Assembly: GCF_000181795.1 (NCBI RefSeq)
Contig: NW_003526947.1
Span: 321,818-385,817, forward strand
Direction: 5' to 3'
Source of the DNA: Trichinella spiralis
Lineage: Eukaryota
DNA length: 64,000 nt
Shown: one piece after another, positions 38,708 to 51,376 of the stretch
How positions within the stretch are numbered: the stretch's first letter is position 1
Layout: the number at the start of each line of letters is the position of its first letter
Notes under the pieces: model-generated
Database searches by the model: none
Seen by the model: the letters and a program-made list of their open reading frames with translations, nothing else
Told to the model about the DNA's origin: nothing
Translations under genes and position numbers: made by a program

Positions 38708-41161
38708 CTAGTGTCTGATGATTCTTTAACTCCACTTATTTTTTTGTTATATTTACATTTTAAAGATCATTTATTTCTTAATAGATGTCATATTTAATTT
38801 TCATTTATATATTTAATTCTTTATCGAAATAAATAATAATAATTGTTTGTTTGTGTTTTACTGAAATATTATTATGGGCTATAAATTAAACGTAGAGAAA
38901 GAGATAAATGTGCCATGCAAATTCAGCATTATAAACTTGAATTGTTATTTAAATGAACACATTCCAATTGTGCTACATGGTTGAAGATTGTGTAATCCAA
39001 TACAACAATTTACCAAACCTTGAAAATATCTCATTTTGGATTTTGTAGTCAGAACAAAATAACATAAGTCTTTTATTTTATTGAAATTAGCATATCACCT
39101 GCACCACAAAGAATACACTTAGTTTTTAAATGTACATTATATTGATCTTCAATCACCGCCGTATTTACTGAAATTTAGTTTGCTATAGAAATGCGGCAGA
39201 TAACCTATTTACAATAATCATGCAATTCTTGAAATTTACATATCATAACTATACCGTTATTTTAATTATACAAATATTGGATTGTGAAATGCGATGGTAA
39301 ATTATGAACGTTGCTATTTGATTAACACCGATGGCAGCAGTGCTTGGAAAAAGCAAAAAAGTCATGACATTATTAAAACATTAAATTCAACAGTAGTTTC
39401 AAATAATGAACAAACACAGTTTTTGATGTTCCTATTAGTGCGCTTTACAGAAAGAAGAACAATAAAAAGTTAAAAAAAACAGGCAAATGTGTTAAAATAT
39501 TAAAAGCGATAATAGTAATTATTATTATTTTTATTGCTTTTTTTAGCACACCAAAAATAATATGAACTAAACTATATATATTAGCATCGTTCACTTTCAA
39601 ATTGTATGCGTGCTAGTCATGCGGATTAGTGCATGTCTTCTGCAGAAGCTATGTGTGTTCGAATCCCATAATAAGACGGGGTATTTCAAAACAGCTTTCA
39701 CACATGTCAAAGTGTATGAGACGCATTAAAGCTCTAATAATAGTGTGAGCAAAGTGAAATAATAAGCCTCACCGAAGAGAAAAGATGAATTGAAAAGTAT
39801 CACAGGAGGAAATACTTTTGCCTGTGAGTCGAATGAATAATATCGATTCAAGGGCTGTGTTTTGCTATTAAAATCAGAATAAAATCTCCCTGAATTTTTT
39901 GTTGCTATCATCAATAAAAATGAAGCTTCACAATGTCTCATAGAGTCATTGTCATAGAGACTCATAAAAATTCATAAGTATGAATTCATATACAGAAATC
40001 TTCTATTTATTTATTAAATAGCTATAGATAAACAATCAGTTTTATTTGAGGATTAATTGATTATTGCTTTTTATTTTGTATTCCTCTATTATTTTCCAAG
40101 TACCGTTTGATTAGTTTTACACAATTGGGATTACAACTGAATTGGAGATTTTCAATATATTTAAATGGAAAGTTCTTCCTAATGTGGCATGTTCCGCAAA
40201 AATACAAAAAAATAGTTGAACATGTAGTAGACTCGAAGGGCAATCGTACTACACTTGATTGTTGACAATTAAATTCTGCAGCTAACTGTCTTCTTTTACG
40301 CCAGATCTGAATTTTACAAATCTCGCTTTGTATCTGATAATTGTGAGTAGATTTTATTAAATATACAATCAAACAACAGGCATATACGAGCGAACTGATA
40401 CAACGACTTCCCTCTCCCACGAACCAAAGCCCAACTAAATAATTGACTATTGTTCTCATATTCAATAATAATAATAACAATATCAATTGTTTATTTTTTA
40501 CCACAAGAAACAACGGTAGCTGTGGTGATAAATCAATCACGAACGTTAGCAGAGTGATAGGTTAATGCACGCTTCTAAAAATATCATTCGAAACGTAGGA
40601 TTCTACAGAACATTTAAATGCAAATTCAATATGTTTATTACATTTATTAAATATTCTTTTAATTAATTACTTTTAAAATTCTTTATCACAATATTTTCAA
40701 CACAGTCGGTTCACACCCGCTTCGAAACCAAAAACTGGTCAGATGCAGATGGCTCCACAGACGCAGTGTAGGTTTCTTCACCGCATGAGACACGGATGCG
40801 TTTCATTTCTTCACCATTATGTTTTTTAGATGAGCCTTTTGCTGCATTTTATTGTCTATGTGTTCAACTATAAGGCAGGATTCATCGCGATCAGCTTCAT
40901 CCATCACGGTTTTCACTTATAAATCCGTACACACTGCACCCCGCAGCCTTCCTCATCATATACCAAAATGAACTAATAGTTAATAAATAATGTTGTACAT
41001 TCAGCACAATAGAGCTTCTTCTTCATCACTACTGCACATCGACAGCTGTTGGTATTTTCATTATCTTCACACATCAGCATGACGGGATTTTTGGAAAAAA
41101 ATACTGCAACGGTTTCGTCGGCTCCTCCAACGGAGCGGTTATATTCACGATCACTTTCAAG

Positions 41162-41809
41162 CAGTGGTTCTCAACCAGGGGGGCACGCCCCCCTATGGGG
41201 GCGTAGGCAGGTTCCAGGGGGAGCGTGAGAAGTTAGAATTTTTAGTCTCGCATAAGTGTTAGAAATTCAGTTTGGTCTACTTCGTGCTAAATTTTTGCTA
41301 ACTTTTCTTTCTGGTTATCTTAGTTCGTATATTGGTTCTATTCACAGCAACGTACCTTTGTGTAACGGGATTCTCCGCACTTATGGCATTTCATATGCAG
41401 CATCGCAGCAAGTTAAACATTGAAAGCGACTTACAGTGTATTTTATCACCTAATTCCCCAAGAATATACAACATCGTCGCAAATAGCATTGTGAGTACTG
41501 TCATTAAAATTTTATTGTAAATCATTCAGAAATGTTTTACTGTGGAAACAAGGTTGGCTTGATGTAACCATTGAGCAAAAATTTGCTTTGCGTACACAGA
41601 ATATATACCGCTATACTTTTTTCGAAGGGAGAATGAACTGCACAATTTTCATTAAGGGGGAGGGGGCAAATATCTTCGATATGTCAGACATGAAATGTCA
41701 GACAGATAACCAAGATAGACAGACAAGATACTTTTTTTAGAGGGGAGGGCATGAACTGCACAACTTTCATTAGAGGGGGTTGTGCATTCACAGGAGTTGC
41801 GAACCATTG
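41162..41809 (+). mobile_element. Non-autonomous hAT (Buster/Charlie-type) element
   Basis: TIRs CAGTGGTTCTCAAC / GTTGCGAACCATTG; 8-bp flanks CTTTCAAG / CTTTAAAT (6/8). Internal LFTATYLCVTGFSALM...RSKLNIESDL..ILS..SPRI matches the Buster-type transposase C-terminus. Confidence 0.85.
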
Positions 41810-44165
41810 CTTTAAATAAATCAGAATGAGTTGCCACAATTTCAAGCCGCTTCATCTCTTTAAGTCAGTTTCCTTCAAATTTAGTTGGTCGTTCATGACT
41901 CCAGAGAATCCAAATGCTTCTCGATAGTCCACCAACGCAGCAGGACAGCGAATATCCGCATTCTGAAACGACGGCATCATCGCTAGTTTTGATCACTGCT
42001 TCCATCGAATCAGACATTCAAGCAAGCAAAAAGCAGTTTATCTGAGCGACATATTCGGCTGAACAAAAATGAACAATTGAAAGTTTAATTCTACAAATTA
42101 AACGCTGTTGTCACATTAAAACACATATATACTGATCTTCAAGAAAAATTTAAAAATGACATCAATAAGACAGTGAAAATTTCATTAACAAAATGACTTT
42201 CTTTTTCAATTATTCAATTCACTCATTATATATGTATTTATGAATTATTAGCATTCTTTAATATTTTTCATATTTAATTTGTTTTATTATGAAACGTAAT
42301 AACGGCATAAAATTTTTAATTAACTTTTCTGTTATTTGAATTCAAATTCATCTCAATTTAACAAACCATTCTAAAAGACGGGATTGAAAGGTGCTTTATA
42401 AATTTGAATATTGTCTTTTGTTGTTTATTGAAGTGACGAGAAAAAAGTAAATTCCAAAATTATGAATACTTTTCTCTATATTACTCTAGCGATGTGACTT
42501 CAAATATGAAACGTTCGCATTTGTTTAAAATACAGTTGTCAGGGGATTGTTGTGCTGTTTTCACCGTTTTGTACATGGGTTTTGGATTCAAAGCAGTAAT
42601 AAGCGTGTACTTGTTCCTTTGGCACTGTTCTGAAATGAGACTATGCAAATATATTTATTGCAGAAAATTCAAATATATTAACCGTGCTATGATGAACAGA
42701 AAATGCTACATAGGCGTAAATTATATGTAAATGCGTTTCAATTTCTCACTGCAGCAAACATTAGCAACAACACGAGATTGTTTCGAAGTGCATGATGCAA
42801 CAGGTGAATATTGCAATTTGTACATGGCTCACAGGTCATTAGTCTTCAGCTGCTTTATGCATAATTTGAAATGCACTTGTTTGCTTAAAGCACTGGTTCG
42901 CTGCAGCAGCTATGACAGAGTTCAAGCAGCAAGGTGAATAAAATTTACAAATATATTGGTTTATTTATATTCAATGTCTGATCAATCTACCAAATGAGAA
43001 ACACGTCTCGCCAATCAGCTTTATTTATCTCAATAATAAAACTTCATTGAAAACATAACAGCAGCTGTGAAAAAGTAGCCATCGGCTTTGTGTATAGGTA
43101 ATGCACAGCCAACGGAGTCTAAGATGTAAAATTGAAAAGCAAAAGACACGCAAGGAATGACAGTTAATGAAAAAAATTTTCACAACGCACTGTCAAAAAT
43201 CAAACATTGTGGCAATAATAATCGTGACATATTATTTCTTTAAGAATGATTTATATTAAAAATATTTCCTGAAATAAAAAATATTATTTATTATACAATA
43301 TTATTTATATGGATTTTTGAACGCAACATTTAAAATATAAAGCACTGAATTTCACTTTAAAATAGTTTAAAACTTTTGTACCGTTTGAAGAGCAGCCACT
43401 TCAGTGTTAATATTTTCATCAGTTTCATTGCAAAATTGGCAGAAGACGGTTGCTGAACTGTAATGGACAACACATTTGATCCGAGTTTTACAGTACTTTT
43501 CATAGAATAATAATCGCTGACCATTACTGAATGTCTTCGTTCAGAACGACCAACGACGTAGATCAAAATGCCGAATGTAGCGATAACGTCTTTACCAAGA
43601 CTAACTGGGAGGCTAAGTAACCGCTATTATTGATAAGGTGAAAAAGAAACTTTTAAAATAAACTCATAATATTACCACTTCAAAATAATCTAGATTCTTC
43701 TTTTCATCAATTACTGTAATAATAAGAAATTAATTTTTTTAATAATTTAAGAAATTTTGGTAATCCTTTTTGCATCAAAATGACATTATCATTTTCTAAT
43801 TATAAAAAGAAATATGATTATAATTATATCATACTTGAACTATTTGTAAATTTAAAAGTAACGAATGTTGAGAAGACGATGACGCGAACTTCAACCTCAA
43901 TTTTAGTGGACTGTATTTTTGATTCACTCAGGCGCGATTCTGACTGTTCGCACGGAATTGTCTCCCTTGCACAATCGAACGTGAATCAACAAAACTGAAT
44001 TGACTGTTCACACAGTTCATTCAATGCAAACTAAAACAGGTGCGCAAAAACATCGAAACCAAGATCGTAACACAACTGACTAACCACACGGTACAAATCC
44101 ACCTGACACATTCACGCAACCAGTGACTAGCATACAAGTTTCCAAGATTCTATATATATTTAAGG

Positions 44166-44168
<3 letters not shown>

Positions 44169-44216
<48 letters not shown>
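44169..44216. repeat. (TA)n microsatellite
   Basis: ~24 TA units; shorter (TA)n runs at ~48640-48665 and ~51338-51373. Confidence 0.95.
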
Positions 44217-44218
<2 letters not shown>

Positions 44219-44522
44219 TCATTACCGTCGGGAAGATAATCATGTATTGATATACTGTACCTCTGGTCACAACAGCGAATACCCGTTTTTAATAAATTAA
44301 TATTAATAATTAAGTAATTAATTTATTGAATATTTAATGTTAATAATTAAATCTTAATAAAAAATTAATTCCCAACATTTAAATATTGTTCTAATACAGT
44401 AATATAATGAGAATATTAACCTGATTGTTTTCGTACTGTCATTGTTTTGAGTATATTTAGTTTTGAACGTTAGTGCTTTGCTTTGTTTTATTGCTGTTGT
44501 GTCAGTTGCTGTGGTTTTCAAA

Positions 44523-46835
44523 ATGTCACAGTTTAAGTTGAAGCGTGGTTGCTCCGCGAATGTCACCCATTCAACTAAGCGCACTGTACGTACTCCTTTG
44601 GTTTCCCGCTTTTTGAAGAGTTCTCGTAATCCATCGGCGGGTCGTTTTCCTAAACGTCATCAGTGTAGATGTAAGTTGATTTTTTAAATCTTTTGTTTAC
44701 ATTCATTTTTTCTTTGTTATTTTATGTTTATTTTGCATTTTGCTTTTTTAGTTTGTAATTGCTTTCACTTTATGTTAAATTGTTTCATTTGTTTCAATTC
44801 ATAGGATCCTTTGTTTACACTGGTTTTTGTTTTTGCTGTGTGTTGAATTTGGATAAATTATTTATCTGGATTTAGTAAATAGTTAATATTTTTATTCATC
44901 ATTTTGCTTTTAATGGTCTAATGTTTTGATTTTTTAATCAAAATTTAATGTTTTAGCTAGGTCGATTGTGTTGGCACCTTGTCGAATCAAGAATAAAAGT
45001 AAATCATCGTCTGTGGCAAGTGACCGTTTTATTCCTCAAATTCCACTTGGGGATGAACACGCTTCACGTAAATGTCCAAATTTGAAACCTCAGCATAACA
45101 ACAGTCCTAGATATCTTCGTGAACTTTGCTTTGAATATTACTTACGTTCTGGGTTAGAAGAGCGTGATTTAGTAAAAGAAAGCGATGGAATGCCTGCTTT
45201 GACAACGAAGAGACTTTTGGAATTTGGTAAACAATGTGGGACTTCAAGCGGTAGCTTTTTATTGTTTTTACGTTTCTGCCTTATTATTTACTAATGTAAT
45301 ATATTTAAGGTGTATCTACTAGAAATCGGATGTTGAAGGGTGCTCAGGATGAATCGTTAAGTTGGATTCGCGATTTTTGCCGTGCTGTACCTGAAGAACC
45401 GGAAAAAATTTTGGATGCTCCAGATATTTTAAATGATTTTTGTGCGTGCTTTTTTTCAAATTTAGTTTTTTAATTTGTGAAAATATCTAAGTGAAGTGAT
45501 AATTTCTCTTTTTAGATTTAAATATATTGGACTGGAGCAGTCGTCATTGTCTTGCTGTAGCTCTGAACAATGAATTATTTTGTTGCACGTTGAAGTCGGG
45601 AAATGTAGTTGGCCAGATTAAGTTGTTATGTCAGTCCTGCAGATATAGTGATTTTATTACGGCTGTGAAGTTTACCCCAGATGGATTATCACTGGTTGTG
45701 GCTTATGATTCGAACATTGTTGAAGTACTTTTCCTGTTTCCAGAAACACACGATGAAAAAGAACTTTTATTTAATTTAAATTCTTAGCTGTGGGATGTGG
45801 AACAGATGCAACGGATTCGACGTATGGAAGGCTTTTCTGCACGAATTGCAGCAATGGATTGGCGTGATCAACTGTTGACTAGTGGCGACAAAAAAGGTCG
45901 AATTTTACATCATGATATGCGTTGCAAAGGAAGTACTGTAATCTCAGTGGCTGCTCACAAAGCAGTAAGATATTTTTTATTTGTCATCAACTCCAGTTTC
46001 TCTTTCAAGTATATAAATTAAAATTTGTTTTTTAGCAAATATGTGGTTTGACTTGGTCACCGAGTGGGTCTTATTTGGCTTCTGGTGGAGATGATAATGT
46101 TGTGAATATTTTTTCTTATTCTGGAATTAATTCATCGAATGGCTTAGCCAATCCATTTTGCGTATTTAAGGAACACAGAGCTGCGGTGAAGGTAAAAGAA
46201 AATGATTATGTAAGAATAATTCAAATTGACAATGTTACTTCTAGGCACTGTCATGGAATCCATCCAAGAGTCACATCCTTGCTAGTGGAGGAGGAACACG
46301 AGATAAGCAGTTAAAAATTTGGGACGTTGGACTGGGAAGTTGCATGAACACCCTAGCAGTGGATGCGCAGGTATTTTGAAAAAGTTTTTATGAGTTCGTT
46401 TATTTAAATAAACGGCAGATGGAAAGAGAGTTTTATTTTATTAAATAAACTGATTGTTTTTTAATGGTTCCAAGGTTACCGGTTTGGTTTGGTCAAAGCG
46501 TAATGGCGATCTTGTAGCAGGTTTGGGCAATCCGTCGAACAATTTGCTAATGTGGAGATATCCCCAAATGCATTTGGTTGCAAAATTGAACGGTGTGCAA
46601 AGCATTTTCAAAGTGGTTTTTCTTCCAGTTTAAACATTTCAAAAATATATTTTCAGGTCATTCCGATAGAATTTTGCACGTAGTGAAGTCTCCGTGTGAT
46701 GAATACGTCATTTCAGCTGGTGCAGATGAGTCGATACGTTTGTGGCACTGTTTTGCGTCGGATGATGTGTGCCACTCAAATGAAAAGTTTCTGAAAGATT
46801 TAGAAGCATGTACTGAGCGAATGAGATTTCTTTGA
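44523..46835 (+). CDS. cdc20: CDC20/fizzy-family APC/C activator, WD40 (exons 44523-44670, 44957-45250, 45310-45441, 45516-45724, 45788-45964, 46036-46191, 46245-46370, 46475-46592, 46657-46835)
   Basis: C-box-like SDRFIPQ, EKILDAPDILNDFYLNILDWS, ICGLTWS..YLASGGDDN, EHRAAVKALSW..LASGGGTRD, GHSDRIL..SP..SAGADESIRLW. All introns are GT-AG and phase-compatible. Confidence 0.9.
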
Positions 46836-46883
46836 TGAAAAAGCGTTTTATAATTTCATTTTTATTTATCACTATTACCATTG

Positions 46884-46952
46884 CTATTATTATTATTTTT
46901 ATTATTATTATTATCATTATTATTATTATTATTATTATCATTATTATTATTA
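46884..46952. repeat. (ATT)n microsatellite downstream of cdc20
   Basis: Imperfect ATT array. Confidence 0.9.
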
Positions 46953-48639
46953 GTGTTGTTGTTGAATATACTGAAGCAGGTATTCCACTGCTTTACTTTA
47001 TTCAACAATGAAAATAACAGATTATGGAAATGTAAATTGATTTGAAATGTGAAGTTAATTTTCATTAAGTTTTACAGTTTTTACTTTGAATTTTATCATC
47101 TGAAATATTAAAATTTTAATACAAATACAATTTGCATTTAAACTTGAAAATCGTGTTTTACTGTAGACTGACCATTGCTGTTTAATTTATTTCAATGCTT
47201 GATCATTCAAATATCATCATTGGCAATTCATTGCAAATTCATCATTGCATTTACACGTGCACGTGCAGATTGTATTTAATATCTTCTGACTATTTTTTTT
47301 TCAATAATGGATAAAGCAAGCAGTGAAGTTGGGCGCTTTGTAAATAATTAGCAAATGCAGAACAATCAATACGGTGGTTGGTTAATTTTGTAATTTTTAT
47401 TTCATACAACACTACGCAACGTCAAATAAATAAAATGTGCACAAATAATTGACAAAATATTTAATTCAATGCATTAATCATTGGAATCAAACTAGCGTCA
47501 TTGTGATTCAGTGAATCGTGTATTTGGATAACTACTCAAGCTTTCAAGTTGAATTTTATGAAATTTTCTTTTAATTATGCAAATCTTTCTTAGTGATGAT
47601 CTTAATTACCCTTTCCAAGTAGTGTAGTGTCAATAATCTGGTTGGTTGAAATTTGTAACATTTCGCTTATTTGCTTTAGGTTGTGAGTAAAAGATTGCGA
47701 TTGTATTTGATTAAGGTATGTCGTAGTTTTTAAAATGGAAAGTGCTCGAAGCAAGACGCGCAATCGTGGAACCTGATTTGATCTTGCATTTTTATAATGT
47801 TGACTGTATTTGTGAAACCAATGTATTTTTCAAATGCTTTTGTTACGTCAATTTCAAAATCCAGTGATTATTGCATATGTAAATATTGATGATTTTTAAC
47901 GAATTTGATTTTTTAACAATTCGGGCGGTTTCAGATTTTCAATTGCCAAAATGATTTGCTAATTCTGAAAACAGTTACTTTCAGGGCTGGGGGGGAATGA
48001 TATTATTTGTAGTCTAGTCAGAGAGTGCAAGTAAAAAGTGATGATGCTGTGAAGAAAGTCTGACAAGGAAAATGATGAAAATTTTTGTTGTAAAAAGCAA
48101 GTGTTCGAAGCGGATTATCCATTGATAAAAAATTTAAACATGGAAAAATCATGCAAAGTAATCGTTTCCCATTGTGATGGCAATAGAAGAAATAAGTTGT
48201 CGTTAAAATAATTAGCTATATTAGTGGTAAATTAGCCGGAGATATTTTATCCATTCGCGATGGTTGACGCATGTACAATTTGATAAAATATTCATAAGAG
48301 CCAATAACGTTTTTTTTGAACAACTATTGCGAACGTATGGATGCTTTCCATTCGTTTGCATTCAAAAAAACATTTTCATTAATGTCAAATAAGTAAATAT
48401 CTTTACAACGCAATTTATGGAAATTTCGTAAGTTTCTTTATTATTATATTATTATTCTAATTAAATTATCGGCGTATATTTCCTGTTGTTTGATGAATAA
48501 TGCATATCCATATTCAGAATCCAAAATGGAGATTAACAATTGAATGGAGAATTTAATTTGCAATTTCTCAACCAAAAAATTTGAAATATTTGTCTTGAAA
48601 AATTCTGTTTATATTTGTTTACAACTGAAAAGTTCCCCA

Positions 48640-48670
<31 letters not shown>

Positions 48671-49008
48671 CAATTTATCGAAAATTCAACATTTACAAAC
48701 TGGAAACGTGTTCTACACTGCCCGTGAGTGAGATTGCAATACTTCACTGCCGTCGGCTTATTGAATTTGCTTAACCAATGGCAAATAATATAATTATGAT
48801 CAAAGTGTAACATTTGTTGAAAAGTGGTTGAAATAAAAATAAAAATGAAACAGATAAGATTACATGATTGTACAAAATGCGGATAAATTTGTAACTTGCA
48901 ACAATAAGCACATGCACATCAATTATTGCTAGGCAAATTTTCGAAAAGCGAATTGAACAACATCAAATTTTAGATAGTAGGCATGCGAATGCAATTTGTG
49001 CACAATGT

Positions 49009-49079
49009 CGCTCTTTCTTTGGTCAACTAGCTTATGAATTTCATAACAATCATACAGCTAAATGACCAAAGAAAGAGCG
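49009..49079 (-). ncRNA. mir-9: pre-miRNA, miR-9/miR-79 family (hairpin 1)
   Basis: Near-perfect hairpin. The minus-strand 5' arm UCUUUGGUCAUUUAGCUGUAUGA (49072-49050) differs from canonical miR-9 UCUUUGGUUAUCUAGCUGUAUGA at 2 positions; a G-U pair favours the minus strand. Confidence 0.9.
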
Positions 49080-49275
49080 TTGAAATAATTGTCGAAAAAA
49101 AGTTGCATAAGTTGTGATTTCTAAATTATATTTTAAAAATCTGAATAATTTTGAAATAAAAAATAACATTTATAAAAGAATAAATATGTAAATTTCCTAC
49201 TGAGTGATATAGTTGAAGATGAATGTTGATGATGAAGAAGACTGAGTGACTGCAAGACGAAGAGTTCTCAGCTCG

Positions 49276-49343
49276 CACTTACTTTGGTCATCCAGCTTTA
49301 TGGATCTGTTGTTGATCATAAAGCTAGGTAACCAAAGAAAGTG
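49276..49343 (-). ncRNA. mir-9: pre-miRNA, miR-9/miR-79 family (hairpin 2)
   Basis: Minus-strand 5p UCUUUGGUUACCUAGCUUUAUGA (49338-49316) and 3p AUAAAGCUGGAUGACCAAAGU with the miR-79 seed UAAAGCU; two G-U pairs on the minus strand. Confidence 0.9.
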
Positions 49344-51335
49344 AAAACCAAGCGAAACCAATTTTGTTGGATAGGGAAAAATTAATTCAAATAGAATAAA
49401 GGTGAATGCAGCGCAGCAGTTAATATTTCACTAAAATGAGAGGAAATTGTGCACAAAATTTACAAATAGGAACAGAAAGAAGAAATTAATCCATAATTGC
49501 CGGATCCAGTGCTTGAAGGATGAAATTGGTGTTTGGAGAACTGTGCCGTTTTCAGGCCAATGTGATATAGCATAATAAAATGGTGAAGCCTGAAATAAAA
49601 CGTTCAAATTGATCGACAATGCACAAGCAGTGCTCAAAGTAGTGACAACCTGTTTAAAATATTTTTCCAACACTGACCGAAACTGATCAGACAGCATTCC
49701 GTGGTCAACGGCAAGTAGAGAGAGATTGAACGCTTGAACGTGAAACAAGCTAGAAATATGGCTCATCATGCGCATGCATAGAGCAAACGCAGGAGCAGGA
49801 GCAGTAGCAGTAGCAGCGGCAGTAGTAGTAATAATAGCAATAGCAATAGTAGCGGACGACGATGCATGCTCATTCGTTCGTTCGTTCGTTCGTCAGAATA
49901 GAAAACAAATAATCAAACCCCCTCATCCCTCCCTCTCATTCCCTCCCCCTCTAACCCTCATATTCTCCATTTAGAAACAACAACAACAGCCTGCTTAAAT
50001 GAATGAATCATCATTGGTTCATTAATGACGTTGGTAATTTTTTGATAATGTAAAAAAAGAATTTGTAATTTCTTCTCCCTCTTTCTTCACTTCTTCTTCT
50101 TCTTCTTCTACCCCTGGTGCTTAATTATCAAGCGCAGTTGCATTTGATAAGTTTTGAAAAAAAGCACATTGCGAATAATTCAAAAAACAAAAAAATTTTT
50201 TGAAACTTCACTCGAACAACTGAAGCATCAGTGCAAAAATATTCAACATGCAATTCTGCATGTTCACGTGAAAAGCTGCACAAGATTTGCACACAGCGTG
50301 ACAATCGATTGAAACAGAAAAACAGTGCTCTTTCTTTCTATGTTTGCAAGAAATTAAAAAAATGCAAATTGTTGATTTAGAAATAATTTTTAAAAATATA
50401 TTATTATTAAGTGTTAAAATAGATATAAATTTAATAATTTTTTACATTTCAAAAAACAAAATGAAAATGAAAGAGAGAAAAATCACAGTGTGTGATGATG
50501 ATGATGATGATGATGATATTGTTCAAATTGAGAGGGATAATAAAATGAACGGGCAATTGAATATAATTGAATATCAAATTTTTGCATACTTTATCGTTGG
50601 CAAAGATAACAATGGCAAATGTACACCGACATCGGTGACAAGAAAATGCGGAAACAGAAATGGAAGAAGGGAAAAAAAGAAGAAAACAATAAAAAGTGTC
50701 GTCAACATTGTTGCCTTGTCGACATTCAATTTCAACTAACCTTAAATACAGTATTAATCACCTGATTGCCACAAAAATTGATTTTTAATTACTACTAATA
50801 ATAAATGGGTGCTGTGAAAATTTTTACAAACTGTCATCTGTGATGATTGCAATTGTGCGTAGAAAAAGTTCCAATCAAAAATGCTGCTTATAAATAGGTG
50901 TTCATTTAATTATTTTATTGTATAAATTAAATTGAAAAATTGAATTGAATGAGAAAAGTCAAATGACAACGTAGATCTGTTTGAAGATAATGGTGAAAAG
51001 TTTAAAATTATTGTACAGTGGTTTGAAATTTTTCGAAAATAGCAGAAAATATTTAACAGCTGGCCACTTGGTAAAAAGTAACGATTTTCAGGTTGTTTTT
51101 AAAAATACATAAAATTAACGATACTGAAAATTTGTAAAGTATGAGGAAAAAGAATGCTGGCAGAGAATTAAAATTGTCACTATTAAAGCATTATTCATGT
51201 ATATTGTGCAAGTTGGAAGTGGAGTGAAAAGATGAAAGAAAATAAGAGCAACCAAGCTTTATGTATAACGGAAAGAGAGAAAGAGAAGCAGTTGAATGTT
51301 GTTTGTTTTGCTTCTCTGATGTTTGCAAATGATGA

Positions 51336-51376
<41 letters not shown>

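Larger units (their letters stand above)
34297..38868. repeat. Inverted segmental duplication: arms ~34297-35638 and ~37531-38868
   Basis: Arms are reverse complements. Each contains the 137-aa ORF, its upstream region and part of a piggyBac-like MITE. Confidence 0.92.

Noticed and set aside
40061..40540. 159-aa minus-strand ORF with a hydrophobic stretch and WRKRR
   Set aside because: No recognisable domain or splice support; similarity to the 137-aa protein is too weak.
46708..47065. Poly-Ile / poly-Asn ORFs
   Set aside because: Translations of the (ATT)n microsatellite.
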